DNA of 29,246 nt from an uncultured Candidatus Cloacimonadota bacterium. GTDB lineage: Bacteria > Cloacimonadota > Cloacimonadia > Cloacimonadales > Cloacimonadaceae. The stretch covers positions 1 through 29,246 of the forward strand of contig CAZWUD010000002.1 of the NCBI GenBank assembly GCA_964637055.1, written 5' to 3'. The notes below the pieces were generated by a model, which searched no databases, was not told the DNA's origin, and saw only the letters and a program-made list of their open reading frames with translations. Below are positions 7,827-16,513 of the stretch, in pieces. The position numbers and the translations under genes were made by a program. Each line of letters starts with the position of its first letter. Position 1 is the stretch's first letter.

Positions 7827-8747
7827 TCAGAATGACTTCCTTTTGAAGATATCGGGATGTCGGGTGAAGCGGAAGACCGTATCAAATTCCACTTGGAAGA
7901 TGACTGAGGAATCATCATCGATGCGCAGCATGTGGCGGCTATTGTCAAACTTGGCAAATTCCAGCTTGCGGACCTTGTCCTCGGTATCGGTGATCCAGAC
8001 CGTAGCCATGGGATTGGCAAAGGCCTTGAGCATCTCGGGATCGTCTCCGGAAGTGAAGATGTAGCTACGGAAGTTTTGCAAAATACTGAGGATCTTCACC
8101 AGCGCGTAATTGCCAAAATCAACCGCGAAGTCATGCTTTGAATCCTGGTAAAACCATTGATCAACCAGCCGCAAAAGAGTGTAACTATTGTTTTCATGCT
8201 CCACCCTGATTTCCCTCAGCTCATCCTCCCAATAGTGGAGCAGAAAGGGGGAACGCCAGTTTATGGGCAGCGGTTTGTAAAACTGAGCCACCTTGCTTCG
8301 CACTTGATAGACTTCAGAATCGCCGGCATAGCGGAAGTAATCCCAGGCATTGCCCAGATTTGCAAAGAGCACATGCCGCGTGCGCAAACCGGATGATACC
8401 TTCACGTGCAGAGCCTCTTCATCTTGCAAGCCGTAGCGCCGGATAGCGTCTTTGTGAGTGCTCATGGGGGTTTTGGCATATTCTGCCCGGATCACATCTT
8501 CAAAAAAGCTCTGCACCTTCAGAGAGTCCGCTTCCCAGGTCATTTCACCCTTTAAGATCCATTTACCATCCTTCAGGGCGAGCTTGATCTCTCCCTCCGG
8601 GCTATAGATCTGAATCCCGTCCGGCTCCTGAAAAGCCTTGTCAAAGACAATCCCCGTCCGCTCCCGGGGGCCATGAAAGCGCAGTATGAAAAACGCCGCA
8701 ATCAAGAGGAGCAGGACTATCATCAAGATAAGCTTAGTTCTTTTCAT
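7827..8747 (-). CDS. DUF4340-like membrane-anchored periplasmic protein (Gld-type ABC accessory)
   Basis: N-terminal TM and two repeated modules (I..Y.P.GEIKL..KDGKW / EIRVEHENNSYTL...DQW, YGL). It lies directly after a GldG-like gene, the usual position for this family. Confidence 0.75.
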   Translation of the reverse strand: MKRTKLILMIVLLLLIAAFFILRFHGPRERTGIVFDKAFQEPDGIQIYSPEGEIKLALKDGKWILKGEMTWEADSLKVQSFFEDVIRAEYAKTPMSTHKDAIRRYGLQDEEALHVKVSSGLRTRHVLFANLGNAWDYFRYAGDSEVYQVRSKVAQFYKPLPINWRSPFLLHYWEDELREIRVEHENNSYTLLRLVDQWFYQDSKHDFAVDFGNYALVKILSILQNFRSYIFTSGDDPEMLKAFANPMATVWITDTEDKVRKLEFAKFDNSRHMLRIDDDSSVIFQVEFDTVFRFTRHPDIFKRKSF

Positions 8748-10302
8748 GCATCGCTCTCAATCTTAGTTTGCGCCGCAAAGCCGTGATCAGCCCGATCAGG
8801 ATCAAAATCAACGAAGGAAGGGCTATGGCCATGACTTTGACAGCGGTCTTGATATTGTTCTCAATCTGCTCCAGATTTCCCCAATCAATGCCCAATCGGG
8901 ACATAAACCTGGGCACACTCAGGACAGAGGATGTCAGATGCCGCGAACGGATCTTGATCATGGATTCGCGCCCGGTCAGGTAGTCCAGGGCGTTTAGGAT
9001 AATATTGCTGCGCTCATCATAGCGCGCTTTTTCGGGATCAATCACCAGTTCCTTGTCACTAAAAAGGATCATCTTCAGCTCTGGAGATCGGGGGATAAAG
9101 TTCGGGTCCTGCGTGGCCAGTTCCGAGCCGATGAAATAGCTCTCAAAGCTGCCCGTGAGGATGGCTCCGGTGGTGATGGCTCCGGCGCTAAAGTCATCCA
9201 GGCTGGGGTTTTTGATCATATCCTGGGTGATCTCAAACTCTGGCGCTATCATCCAACCGGAATACATCGAAGTCTGCAGGATCGGCTCAAAGTTCACGCC
9301 CTCTCTGCGGGTAAAGCTGATGCCACTGGCCAGATAGAGAATGATATTGTCGATATTCTGCGTGATCTGATGGTCACTGCCGCGCAGCACGGGATACATG
9401 GGGTAATTTACCATATTGCCCAACCCCAATTGCTGCTCATCACAATAGATATCCAAGACCACGTCATCCGAAAGCTCAAAGCCATAATGCTCCAGCAGAT
9501 CGATCACATTTGTATCAAGCTGATAGAGATTCAGCCCGTCGGTATCGATCTTATCTTGCAAAAAGACCACCCTGCCGCCTTTCATCATGTATTGATCCAG
9601 ATGGTAAAGCTGGGACTCGGTGACATTTCTGGCGGTCCCGGTAAAGAGCAAGCCGTCCACGTCCCCGAGGGGCTCCATGAGGCTGGTATCGATGGTGTCA
9701 AAATTTGATGCAAGTGCACGCTCAAAGATCCTGGTATTAAAGTCATAATAGGTGGTATCCCGAAAGACGGCCACTTTGGGCAAAACGTGTGCGGCCAGGC
9801 TCTGGATGCGCATGGTGAGTTCATACTCCAGCCTGGGCTCCACCCGGGGCAGGAGATTCATGGATTCCACCTTGCCCTGGTATTCAAAGATCAGCCCAAA
9901 GATCACTTCCTGGGTGGTCATCTGGTCTTTTTCATAGAATTGGAAGCGAACCCGGCTGAGCCCCCCGTCCTGCGCCAATTCATAGAGCTCCTCACGACTG
10001 GACGGTTTGACCACCTCATAGCGAAATTTACCCCGGCTGGCGATGCGGTATTCACCCAGTAGATCGCGGGTGAAGCGCTCCAGCGAGTTCAGAGTGGCCG
10101 GCAATTCGGCAGATGCCAACAGCTTCACCACCATTACATCTTCCAAAGAGCCCACCGCGCTTTTGCTCACGTCGCTGAGGCTGTATGCTTTTTGACGGGA
10201 GAAATCCCAGCGCAGGGTGAAAAAGCCGGCGATCAGAAGGATGAGTATGACGATGCCGATCTTGATGAAAAGAGCGCTCACGATTCCGTATGTCTTCTTC
10301 AT
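8734..10302 (-). CDS. GldG-like ABC transporter auxiliary component
   Basis: N-terminal TM plus RWDFSRQKAYSLS, central YHLDQYMMKGGRVVFLQD, ILNALDYL and a C-terminal TM. Confidence 0.88.
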   Translation of the reverse strand: MKKTYGIVSALFIKIGIVILILLIAGFFTLRWDFSRQKAYSLSDVSKSAVGSLEDVMVVKLLASAELPATLNSLERFTRDLLGEYRIASRGKFRYEVVKPSSREELYELAQDGGLSRVRFQFYEKDQMTTQEVIFGLIFEYQGKVESMNLLPRVEPRLEYELTMRIQSLAAHVLPKVAVFRDTTYYDFNTRIFERALASNFDTIDTSLMEPLGDVDGLLFTGTARNVTESQLYHLDQYMMKGGRVVFLQDKIDTDGLNLYQLDTNVIDLLEHYGFELSDDVVLDIYCDEQQLGLGNMVNYPMYPVLRGSDHQITQNIDNIILYLASGISFTRREGVNFEPILQTSMYSGWMIAPEFEITQDMIKNPSLDDFSAGAITTGAILTGSFESYFIGSELATQDPNFIPRSPELKMILFSDKELVIDPEKARYDERSNIILNALDYLTGRESMIKIRSRHLTSSVLSVPRFMSRLGIDWGNLEQIENNIKTAVKVMAIALPSLILILIGLITALRRKLRLRAMHEKN

Positions 10303-10303
10303 A

Positions 10304-11026
10304 TCAGCGCTCCTGCATCATGTTTTTGGATTGCAGATTGAAGCCTGCCAAAAAGGCAAAGATCATGGCGATCGCCACAAAAAAGAGAAGGTCACGCAGA
10401 TCCAGAACTCCGCGATTGAAGCCGGAGAGGTGATATTCAAAGCTGAGAAACTGCAGATAGCGCACCACAGAAAGCGGCATCAAAACCAGCACAAAGCGGA
10501 TGGCATAAAAGAAGCCTGATATGGCCAGAGCGATCACAAAGGCCAACACCTGATTTGAAGGCAGAGAACTGGCAAAGACCCCGATCGAGACATAAGCCAG
10601 CGCCGCCAGGATCAGGCCCAAAAAGCCCGTCGCAATGGCGCCGTAATCTATATTCTCACCCAAGATCACAATGATGGCAAAATGGATCACAGTAAAGGCC
10701 AGCAGGGTCAAGACCTGCATCCAGGCGGCCAGGATCTTGCCCCAGATCACCTGAGAAAGACGAATCGGCAAAGTGCTGAGCAGCTCGATGGTTCCGCTGC
10801 TGCGTTCTTTGGCAATGCTGCCCATCGTGATGGCCGGGATAAAGAAGACAAAGAGAGTGTGGATAACCACATAGAGTCCGCGCAGCTCGGCCAGATTGAC
10901 CTTGAAAACCGTGGTGGCAAAGGCGGCGCCGCTGATCACCAGAAAGAGCACGAAAACTATGTATGAAGTCACGGAGCGAAAGGCCAATTGATACTCTTTT
11001 CTGGCAATAATCCAGGTGGCATTCAT
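10304..11026 (-). CDS. GldF-like ABC-2 permease
   Basis: IARKEY at the N-terminus, PAITMGSIAKERSSGTIELLSTLP, about 6 TM segments and RGVLDLRDLLFF. Confidence 0.92.
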   Translation of the reverse strand: MNATWIIARKEYQLAFRSVTSYIVFVLFLVISGAAFATTVFKVNLAELRGLYVVIHTLFVFFIPAITMGSIAKERSSGTIELLSTLPIRLSQVIWGKILAAWMQVLTLLAFTVIHFAIIVILGENIDYGAIATGFLGLILAALAYVSIGVFASSLPSNQVLAFVIALAISGFFYAIRFVLVLMPLSVVRYLQFLSFEYHLSGFNRGVLDLRDLLFFVAIAMIFAFLAGFNLQSKNMMQER

Positions 11027-12081
11027 CGGGGGTCCTCCTCTTGTTCAAGGCCGCCGTCCTCAGGCTCTTCAGAGGGAATCTCCGCGCTTTCTTCGGCTGC
11101 ATCGGCAGGGATCGATTGCGGGTCTTCCGGCACTGGGGCAGAAGCGGCCCGGGCCTCTTCCCTGGTGAGATTGTGAAAGATCTCCTCCAGGCTCTTCTGG
11201 CGGGTAAAGAGACTCGTGATCAGCCAGCCTTGAGCGGAGACATACCGGGCCAGATCATGCTTGATATCCAGCGAGGCAGGCACTTTGATCTGCAATTTGT
11301 AATGATCACCTTCGGCCTGGATACTGAGAGTCTCCAGATCAGGGTGCGAGGCCATAAAGTCTGACAGATCCACGTCTTTACCATCCAATTCCAGATGCAA
11401 GACCTGATAGCCTTTCAGATATTGAGATAAGTTCCCAATGGCGTCATCCACAATGATCTTGCCATTGTGAATGATCAATACGCGGTCGCAGAGAGCCTGC
11501 ACTTCTTGCATGATGTGTGAGGAAAGCAGCACGGTTTTGTGCCGTCCCAGCTCACGGATGAGCTCGCGGATCTCCAGGATCTGATTTGGATCCAGCCCAC
11601 TGGTGGGTTCATCCAGGATCAGGATCTCAGGATCATGCAGGATCGCCATGGCCAGGCCCACGCGCTGGCGGTAGCCTTTGGAAAGGGTGGCCACTTTTTG
11701 GCCGAGAACCGCCTCCAGCCCGCAGCTATCCACCACAAACTGAAGTCTTTGGGCAAAATCTGCCCGGCTCATCTTTCTCAGATCCGCGATATAGCGCAGG
11801 ATCTCCAGGCTGTCCATTTCATCGTAAAGGGGATTGTGCTCAGGCAGATAGCCGATCTTTGTGCTGGTGGCGATGGGGTCATCAAAGATGCTTTTGCCAT
11901 CCAGCAGAATCTCCCCCGCACTGGGCTGCAGATAGCCCACCATCATCCGCATCGTGGTAGTCTTTCCGGCTCCGTTCGGACCCAAAAAGCCGGTGATGCT
12001 GCCGCTATCCACCGTAAAGCTGATCTCGTCCACAGCTTTAATGCTGCCGAAAGATCGGCTGAGCTTCTTGATTTCTATCAT
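11023..12081 (-). CDS. GldA-like ABC transporter ATP-binding protein
   Basis: Walker A GPNGAGKTT, signature LSKGYRQR, Walker B ILILDEP and H-loop SSHIMQE. Acidic, apparently disordered C-terminal tail. Confidence 0.95.
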   Translation of the reverse strand: MIEIKKLSRSFGSIKAVDEISFTVDSGSITGFLGPNGAGKTTTMRMMVGYLQPSAGEILLDGKSIFDDPIATSTKIGYLPEHNPLYDEMDSLEILRYIADLRKMSRADFAQRLQFVVDSCGLEAVLGQKVATLSKGYRQRVGLAMAILHDPEILILDEPTSGLDPNQILEIRELIRELGRHKTVLLSSHIMQEVQALCDRVLIIHNGKIIVDDAIGNLSQYLKGYQVLHLELDGKDVDLSDFMASHPDLETLSIQAEGDHYKLQIKVPASLDIKHDLARYVSAQGWLITSLFTRQKSLEEIFHNLTREEARAASAPVPEDPQSIPADAAEESAEIPSEEPEDGGLEQEEDPR

Positions 12082-12101
12082 CTAAATCTATATTCTCCTG
12101 T

Positions 12102-13259
12102 TTATTGCATCATGAAATGCACATTGGCATTCAGCTCAGGTTCCTTCAGAGAGATCCTGTCTCCTTCTTCCAATCCGGATATCACCTCCACCATCTGGTA
12201 ATCATTGGCGCCCAATACGATGGTTCTGGGCTCAGGCTTGGGCTCGGCGACTCCTTCGGCTTCACCATCACCCTCTGGGCTCTCAGGCAGGAAGTTTACG
12301 ATATCCTGATTCTTATCATCTGCAAAAACCGCTCCAATCGGGATCACAATCACATCCTCACGGGAATCCCCCTGGATGCTGATCGCCGCCGTCATGCCGG
12401 GCCGGGCCAGATCCCCCCTGGCATTGATGCTGATCTCCACGGGGAAGACCTTGGCGCTGTTGATCGTCACCGCTTTGGGGGCGATCTTCACGATCTTGCC
12501 CTCAAATTTCTCATAGGGAAGCGCATCCAGCTTGATGCTGCCCTTTTGACCGACTGTAAATTTGGCAATGTCCACCTCATTGATATTGGAGAGCACCGTC
12601 ATCTTGGAAAGATCTGCAATCTGCATCACCACGGTGCCTTCGCCAAAGGTATTGATGCTGGAAGAAACCATCTCGCCCTCATTGACTTTGCGCTCGATGA
12701 CGGTCCCGCTGCTGGTGGCATACATGTGGATCACGGTACCGGGCACGTCCAGATCGCGGATCATCTCATACTGGCTGCTGGCCTGGGCATATTGGATCTC
12801 AGCCGTGCGTAGTGCATCCCGGGCCTTGTCAAAATCCGACTGGGAAATATAGTTATTTGCCAAAAGCACGGTTTTGTCTTCAAAGTCCTTTTGCGCCTGC
12901 TCTTTGGCGAGCTCGGCCCGCTGCAATGAGGCTTTGGTATTGAAGAGGGTATTTGCCTGATTGTAATCCGGCTCGATATCCGCCAGGATGTCACCCATCT
13001 TGACGTAATCGTTTTCATCCACATAAAACTTCACGATCTTGCCGGACACGCGGGACTTTTGGGCAACCGTCGTAGCCGGCTGCAGCTCGCCCGTGATCTC
13101 AATGCGGCTGTCGATATTGCCTCGGGCAACGACGTGAATATCCGATGAATCCCGGGCTTGCACGGCATCGGGACTTGCCGGTTTACGGCATTTGCTGATA
13201 GCGATGATCACCAGTATCACCACCACTATGATGGCGATTATTTTCCATACTTTTCGCAT
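12102..13259 (-). CDS. Periplasmic adaptor / membrane fusion protein (HlyD/MacA-like)
   Basis: N-terminal TM, lipoyl-like half-motifs (SRVSGKIVKFYVDENDYVKMGD / ATSSGTVIERKVNEGEMV), alpha-hairpin, NEVDIAKFTVGQ, ARPGMT and VEVISGLEEGD. Confidence 0.92.
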   Translation of the reverse strand: MRKVWKIIAIIVVVILVIIAISKCRKPASPDAVQARDSSDIHVVARGNIDSRIEITGELQPATTVAQKSRVSGKIVKFYVDENDYVKMGDILADIEPDYNQANTLFNTKASLQRAELAKEQAQKDFEDKTVLLANNYISQSDFDKARDALRTAEIQYAQASSQYEMIRDLDVPGTVIHMYATSSGTVIERKVNEGEMVSSSINTFGEGTVVMQIADLSKMTVLSNINEVDIAKFTVGQKGSIKLDALPYEKFEGKIVKIAPKAVTINSAKVFPVEISINARGDLARPGMTAAISIQGDSREDVIVIPIGAVFADDKNQDIVNFLPESPEGDGEAEGVAEPKPEPRTIVLGANDYQMVEVISGLEEGDRISLKEPELNANVHFMMQ

Positions 13260-13325
13260 AATTCCTCTTTCACCACAGGTTTAACTTTATTCAGACAATT
13301 CATCTGAAGATGGTAATCGTGTCAA

Positions 13326-13799
13326 TCAAAAAGCTTTTGCCAGCCCTTCGAGGATATCCTTGGTCTCTGATTTGATCCACATTTGATCGCCATAGATCAG
13401 CCAACTGCCATCAATGCGCTTCAGATAGGAAAAAAGTCCCGTATCATCAGGCTCATTATAGCTGTGCGATTCATATGCAGATTCATAATGATCAATGGTG
13501 TGGGCGATGGCGTGATCCCCCTGGATATCGATGTAGAGCACTTCTATCTCCAAAAGCTGAAACTGCCCCATCCGATTCAATATCTCTTCATTCAGATGGT
13601 AAGTGATCTGTCCCTTGTGCAGATAGTCCTGATGAACGTGGTCCAGGATTCCATAGACATTCCCCAGGTTAAAATCCAGCGAAATATCATAGTAAAGATC
13701 CCGGATCTCTTTCTGATTCAGGCTCTGGGCATCATCCAGATCACAACTGCCCACCAAGAGCAGCAGGGCAGCCAGAATCAATGGCCAATATCTTGTCAT
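13326..13799 (-). CDS. Lipoprotein, probable NTF2-like fold, function unknown
   Basis: Lipobox LVGS-C. The pattern ILDHVHQDYLH...IDIQGDHAIA...YLKRIDGSWLI resembles NTF2/SnoaL-like proteins. ATGA overlap with the rlmD stop. Confidence 0.75.
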   Translation of the reverse strand: MTRYWPLILAALLLLVGSCDLDDAQSLNQKEIRDLYYDISLDFNLGNVYGILDHVHQDYLHKGQITYHLNEEILNRMGQFQLLEIEVLYIDIQGDHAIAHTIDHYESAYESHSYNEPDDTGLFSYLKRIDGSWLIYGDQMWIKSETKDILEGLAKAF

Positions 13800-15124
13800 G
13801 ATTGGACTTCGAGCACCGCCAGGCTTTCAATGTGCCAGGTATTGGGAAACATATCAAAGCTGATCAGACTCTTGATCCGGTAGCGTCCGCCAGTGGTCAA
13901 TATCTTCAGATCCCGCGCCAGACTCATGGGGGAGCAACTGAGGTAAAACACTTTGGCAATGCCGGTTTTGCGAATCGCCCAGAGGCTGCTCTCCGGCACC
14001 CCGCTACGCGGCGGATCCAGGACTATTGCATCGGCGGCAAAGTCTGTCATCAGATCGCCCATGAGCCGCTCAAATTTACCGCTCAAAAAGCGGGCATTGG
14101 CAAAGCCGTTATCCCGGGCGTTGAGCACCGCATCTTCCACCGCCTCAGGCATCTCCTCGATGCCCACCAGTTCCGTGAGTCCGCCTGCCAGGCTGAGACC
14201 GATGGCGCCGATACCACAATAGGCATCGATCAGTCGGGAGCTTTTGTCCAGCTCCGTGCGCATCAGACTGAGGATGTTTTCCATGCTGCCGGTATTGACC
14301 TGCCAAAAGCTGCGATAGTGGATCCGGAAGGAGAGATCGGAAAGGCGATCCATCAGGTAGTCTCTGCCCCAGAGCTGCTTCTCTTCAGAGCCCAAAATGA
14401 CGTTGCCCTTGACGCGGTTGATATTTTGCACCACGCCCACGATCTGGGGAAAGCGGGTAGTCAGACCACCGACTATGGTCTTGGAAAAAGGCAGGCGACC
14501 GTTGCGGCAGACCAGGATCACCAGGATCTCGCTCTGATCTCGATTGCAGCGCAGGCCGATGTGGCGCAGGCAGCCGCGATGGGAGAGCTCGTCATAGATC
14601 TCTACCCCTGCTTTTTGGCAAAGCTCCATCGCCAATGCTGCGATTTCATCAAAGACGGGGGGATGGTTACGGCAAGCGGTATGCGGCACAATCCGGTGTG
14701 AATAGCGCGCATAGATGCCATAGCTATGACCTTCACCCACAGGCATGTAGACTTTGTTTCGATAGTGATATTGAACCTCTGAGGGGATGACGCCGCCAAA
14801 GGTGACGTCCTCCGCTTTGAAAAGCTCCTGCATCAGAGATTCTTTGTAGGCCAATTGCGTGGGATAATCCAGCATCAGCCAGTCGCATCCACCGCAGGGT
14901 TCCTCGGCATCAAAGGCATCGCAGCCGGAGTCCACCACGCCCGGACCCCTTTCCAGATAAGCCGTGACCCGGGCAAAGGCGTGATCCTTTTTTTCAAGGG
15001 TGATCTCGGCTGAGATCAGATCCCCAATCGCAGTATTGGGCACAAAGATGGCCTTACTATCATGAAAGCCAAGCCCATAGCCGCCCATGGCGATCTTTTC
15101 TATACGTAATTGTTCTATATTCAT
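13796..15124 (-). CDS. rlmD: 23S rRNA (uracil-C5)-methyltransferase, TrmA/RlmD family, with TRAM domain
   Basis: N-terminal TRAM (IEKIAMGGYGLG), Fe-S motif C-x8-CGGC plus a distal Cys, FWQVN, DAYCGIG, LDPPRSG, YLSCSP (catalytic Cys) and DMFPNTWHIE. The ATG overlaps the htpX TGA. Confidence 0.92.
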   Translation of the reverse strand: MNIEQLRIEKIAMGGYGLGFHDSKAIFVPNTAIGDLISAEITLEKKDHAFARVTAYLERGPGVVDSGCDAFDAEEPCGGCDWLMLDYPTQLAYKESLMQELFKAEDVTFGGVIPSEVQYHYRNKVYMPVGEGHSYGIYARYSHRIVPHTACRNHPPVFDEIAALAMELCQKAGVEIYDELSHRGCLRHIGLRCNRDQSEILVILVCRNGRLPFSKTIVGGLTTRFPQIVGVVQNINRVKGNVILGSEEKQLWGRDYLMDRLSDLSFRIHYRSFWQVNTGSMENILSLMRTELDKSSRLIDAYCGIGAIGLSLAGGLTELVGIEEMPEAVEDAVLNARDNGFANARFLSGKFERLMGDLMTDFAADAIVLDPPRSGVPESSLWAIRKTGIAKVFYLSCSPMSLARDLKILTTGGRYRIKSLISFDMFPNTWHIESLAVLEVQS

Positions 15125-15993
15125 CAAAAGTTCCTTAGCCGCTCAATGCGGTCTGATATGGCTGGGTGGGTGGCAAAGAGGGAGACCTTGTTCTTGCTGT
15201 TTATCTTTGCCAAAGCAAAGCTGTCCTGCCTTTTGGGTTGGGCATAATAAGCATCGATCTTCCTCAGGGCTGCGATCATGGACTCCGCTCCGGCCAGCTC
15301 TGCCGCACCGCGATCAGCACGGTATTCACGGTAACGGGAATAGTATGAGACCGGGATCATGGCCAGCAGCATCAACACGTTTTGCAAAAGCATGACCATG
15401 ATGTAATAGCCAAAAAAGCCCAGGCCTCCACGCCCGCTGTCATCGCGCATGGCGGCATCCATGCCCCAGGCCACGATGCGTGCCAGAAACATCACAAAGG
15501 TATTCACCAGACCCATCACCATCGTCATCGAGACCATGTCTCCACTGGTGATATGAGTCATCTCATGTCCGGCCACAGCTGCAATCTCGTCTTCACTCAG
15601 ATTGTCCAAAAGGCCGCTGGAAAAGGCCATCAGGGATTTATTTTTGGAAGCTCCGGTGGCAAAAGCATTCACATCCTGAGATGGATATATCCCCACTTCC
15701 GGCATAGTGATCCCCTCATGACGAGCCATCGCCGCCACTGTGTCATAGACAAAGCGGGCTTTGGGATCCGTGCTGTCGGGGCCGATAAGCTGGACCTTGT
15801 AGCTCATCTTGGCCAAAAATCTGCTCAAAGCCAGAGAGATGAAAGAGCCCACAAAGCCAAAAACGGCGCAGAATATGAGCAGAGAGATCACCTGGTTTTG
15901 CGGCATGGGCACAAAGGCCAGCACCACTGATAGCATCATCACTACCAGAAAGTTGATCATCAGGTAAAATCCGATACGCTTTAATCCTTGCAT
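15124..15993 (-). CDS. htpX: Membrane zinc metalloprotease HtpX (M48)
   Basis: N-terminal TMs, VNAFATG, GLL, GHEMTHI (HExxH), GDMVSM, SRYREYRAD and LFATHP...RIERL. Confidence 0.96.
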   Translation of the reverse strand: MQGLKRIGFYLMINFLVVMMLSVVLAFVPMPQNQVISLLIFCAVFGFVGSFISLALSRFLAKMSYKVQLIGPDSTDPKARFVYDTVAAMARHEGITMPEVGIYPSQDVNAFATGASKNKSLMAFSSGLLDNLSEDEIAAVAGHEMTHITSGDMVSMTMVMGLVNTFVMFLARIVAWGMDAAMRDDSGRGGLGFFGYYIMVMLLQNVLMLLAMIPVSYYSRYREYRADRGAAELAGAESMIAALRKIDAYYAQPKRQDSFALAKINSKNKVSLFATHPAISDRIERLRNF

Positions 15994-16024
15994 TTATTCC
16001 TCCAAAAAATATAATCATACTTAA

Positions 16025-16054
16025 CTCATTGATACAGATGATCTATCCAATGAG
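16025..16054. promoter_or_regulatory. Inverted repeat (candidate operator) in the htpX leader
   Basis: CTCATTG-N16-CAATGAG with additional inner symmetry, about 30 bp upstream of the htpX ATG. Confidence 0.45.
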
Positions 16055-16158
16055 CGATTAACGCAAATCTAATATAAACCGGCCAAAGCAAAATATCCGG
16101 CACAATTTCTGACGTTTTCACAAGATGAAATTCTTTGTATTAGAGCAAGCTGGAGGCC

Positions 16159-16186
16159 AAGATATTGGATCAAAGTGGAATGTCAA
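16159..16186 (-). promoter_or_regulatory. Candidate sigma70-type promoter for htpX
   Basis: TTGACA (16181-16186), 16-bp spacer, TATCTT (16159-16164). Confidence 0.5.
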
Positions 16187-16301
16187 GAACTCATTTGTAA
16201 GCAGGGGAAAAGCCAGCTTTGAAAGGCTCCCCCGGTAAACCCGACGGCGAGCCTCAACCCTCAGCCCGCCCTGGGGCAATTCTGGGGGGAATAAGTAGAG
16301 A

Positions 16302-16350
16302 TTAAGCCACGATCCTCGCCTGGGTGGAGCATGATCGTGGGATGAAGCCG
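16302..16350 (+). repeat. 49-nt palindromic REP-like element, copy 2
   Basis: CCACGATC (16307-16314) / GATCGTGG (16333-16340); 38/49 identical to the reverse complement of 1288-1336. Confidence 0.8.
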
Positions 16351-16373
16351 GCCTGAATGAGCAACAAAGAAAG

Positions 16374-16513
16374 CGCAGATCGGACCGATCGAACTGATTG
16401 ATACGATAAATAAGGTTGAGAAGCTTGAGAGGCTTGAGGGAGCTCGAATCTGCGTGCAAACGTCAAAACGACAAAACGCCGAAACGTCAACCCCCCCCAA
16501 CAAAATCTGCGTG
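16374..16513 (+). repeat. CGCAGAT...ATCTGCG-bracketed element with short tandem repeats, copy 1
   Basis: The first 38 nt match 22280-22317 at 30/38. It contains 3 x 9-mer (16413-16439) and 4 x 8-mer AAACGnCn (16458-16489), with ATCTGCG at 16448 and 16505. Confidence 0.75.

Noticed and set aside
7827-12081. Gliding motility as the function of the GldA/F/G-like genes
   Set aside because: No gldK/L/M/N or spr genes are in the window, and this ABC type is widespread in non-gliding bacteria, so no gld symbols were assigned.
13802-14701. 299-aa plus-strand ORF (also 5703-6275, 19665-20378, 20697-21389 and 28203-28856)
   Set aside because: Each lies antisense to a well-supported gene and has no recognisable motifs. 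These are typical shadow ORFs of GC3-biased coding DNA.
16400-16513. CRISPR array interpretation of the short repeats
   Set aside because: The units are 7-10 nt, directly tandem and without unique spacers, and no cas genes are present.
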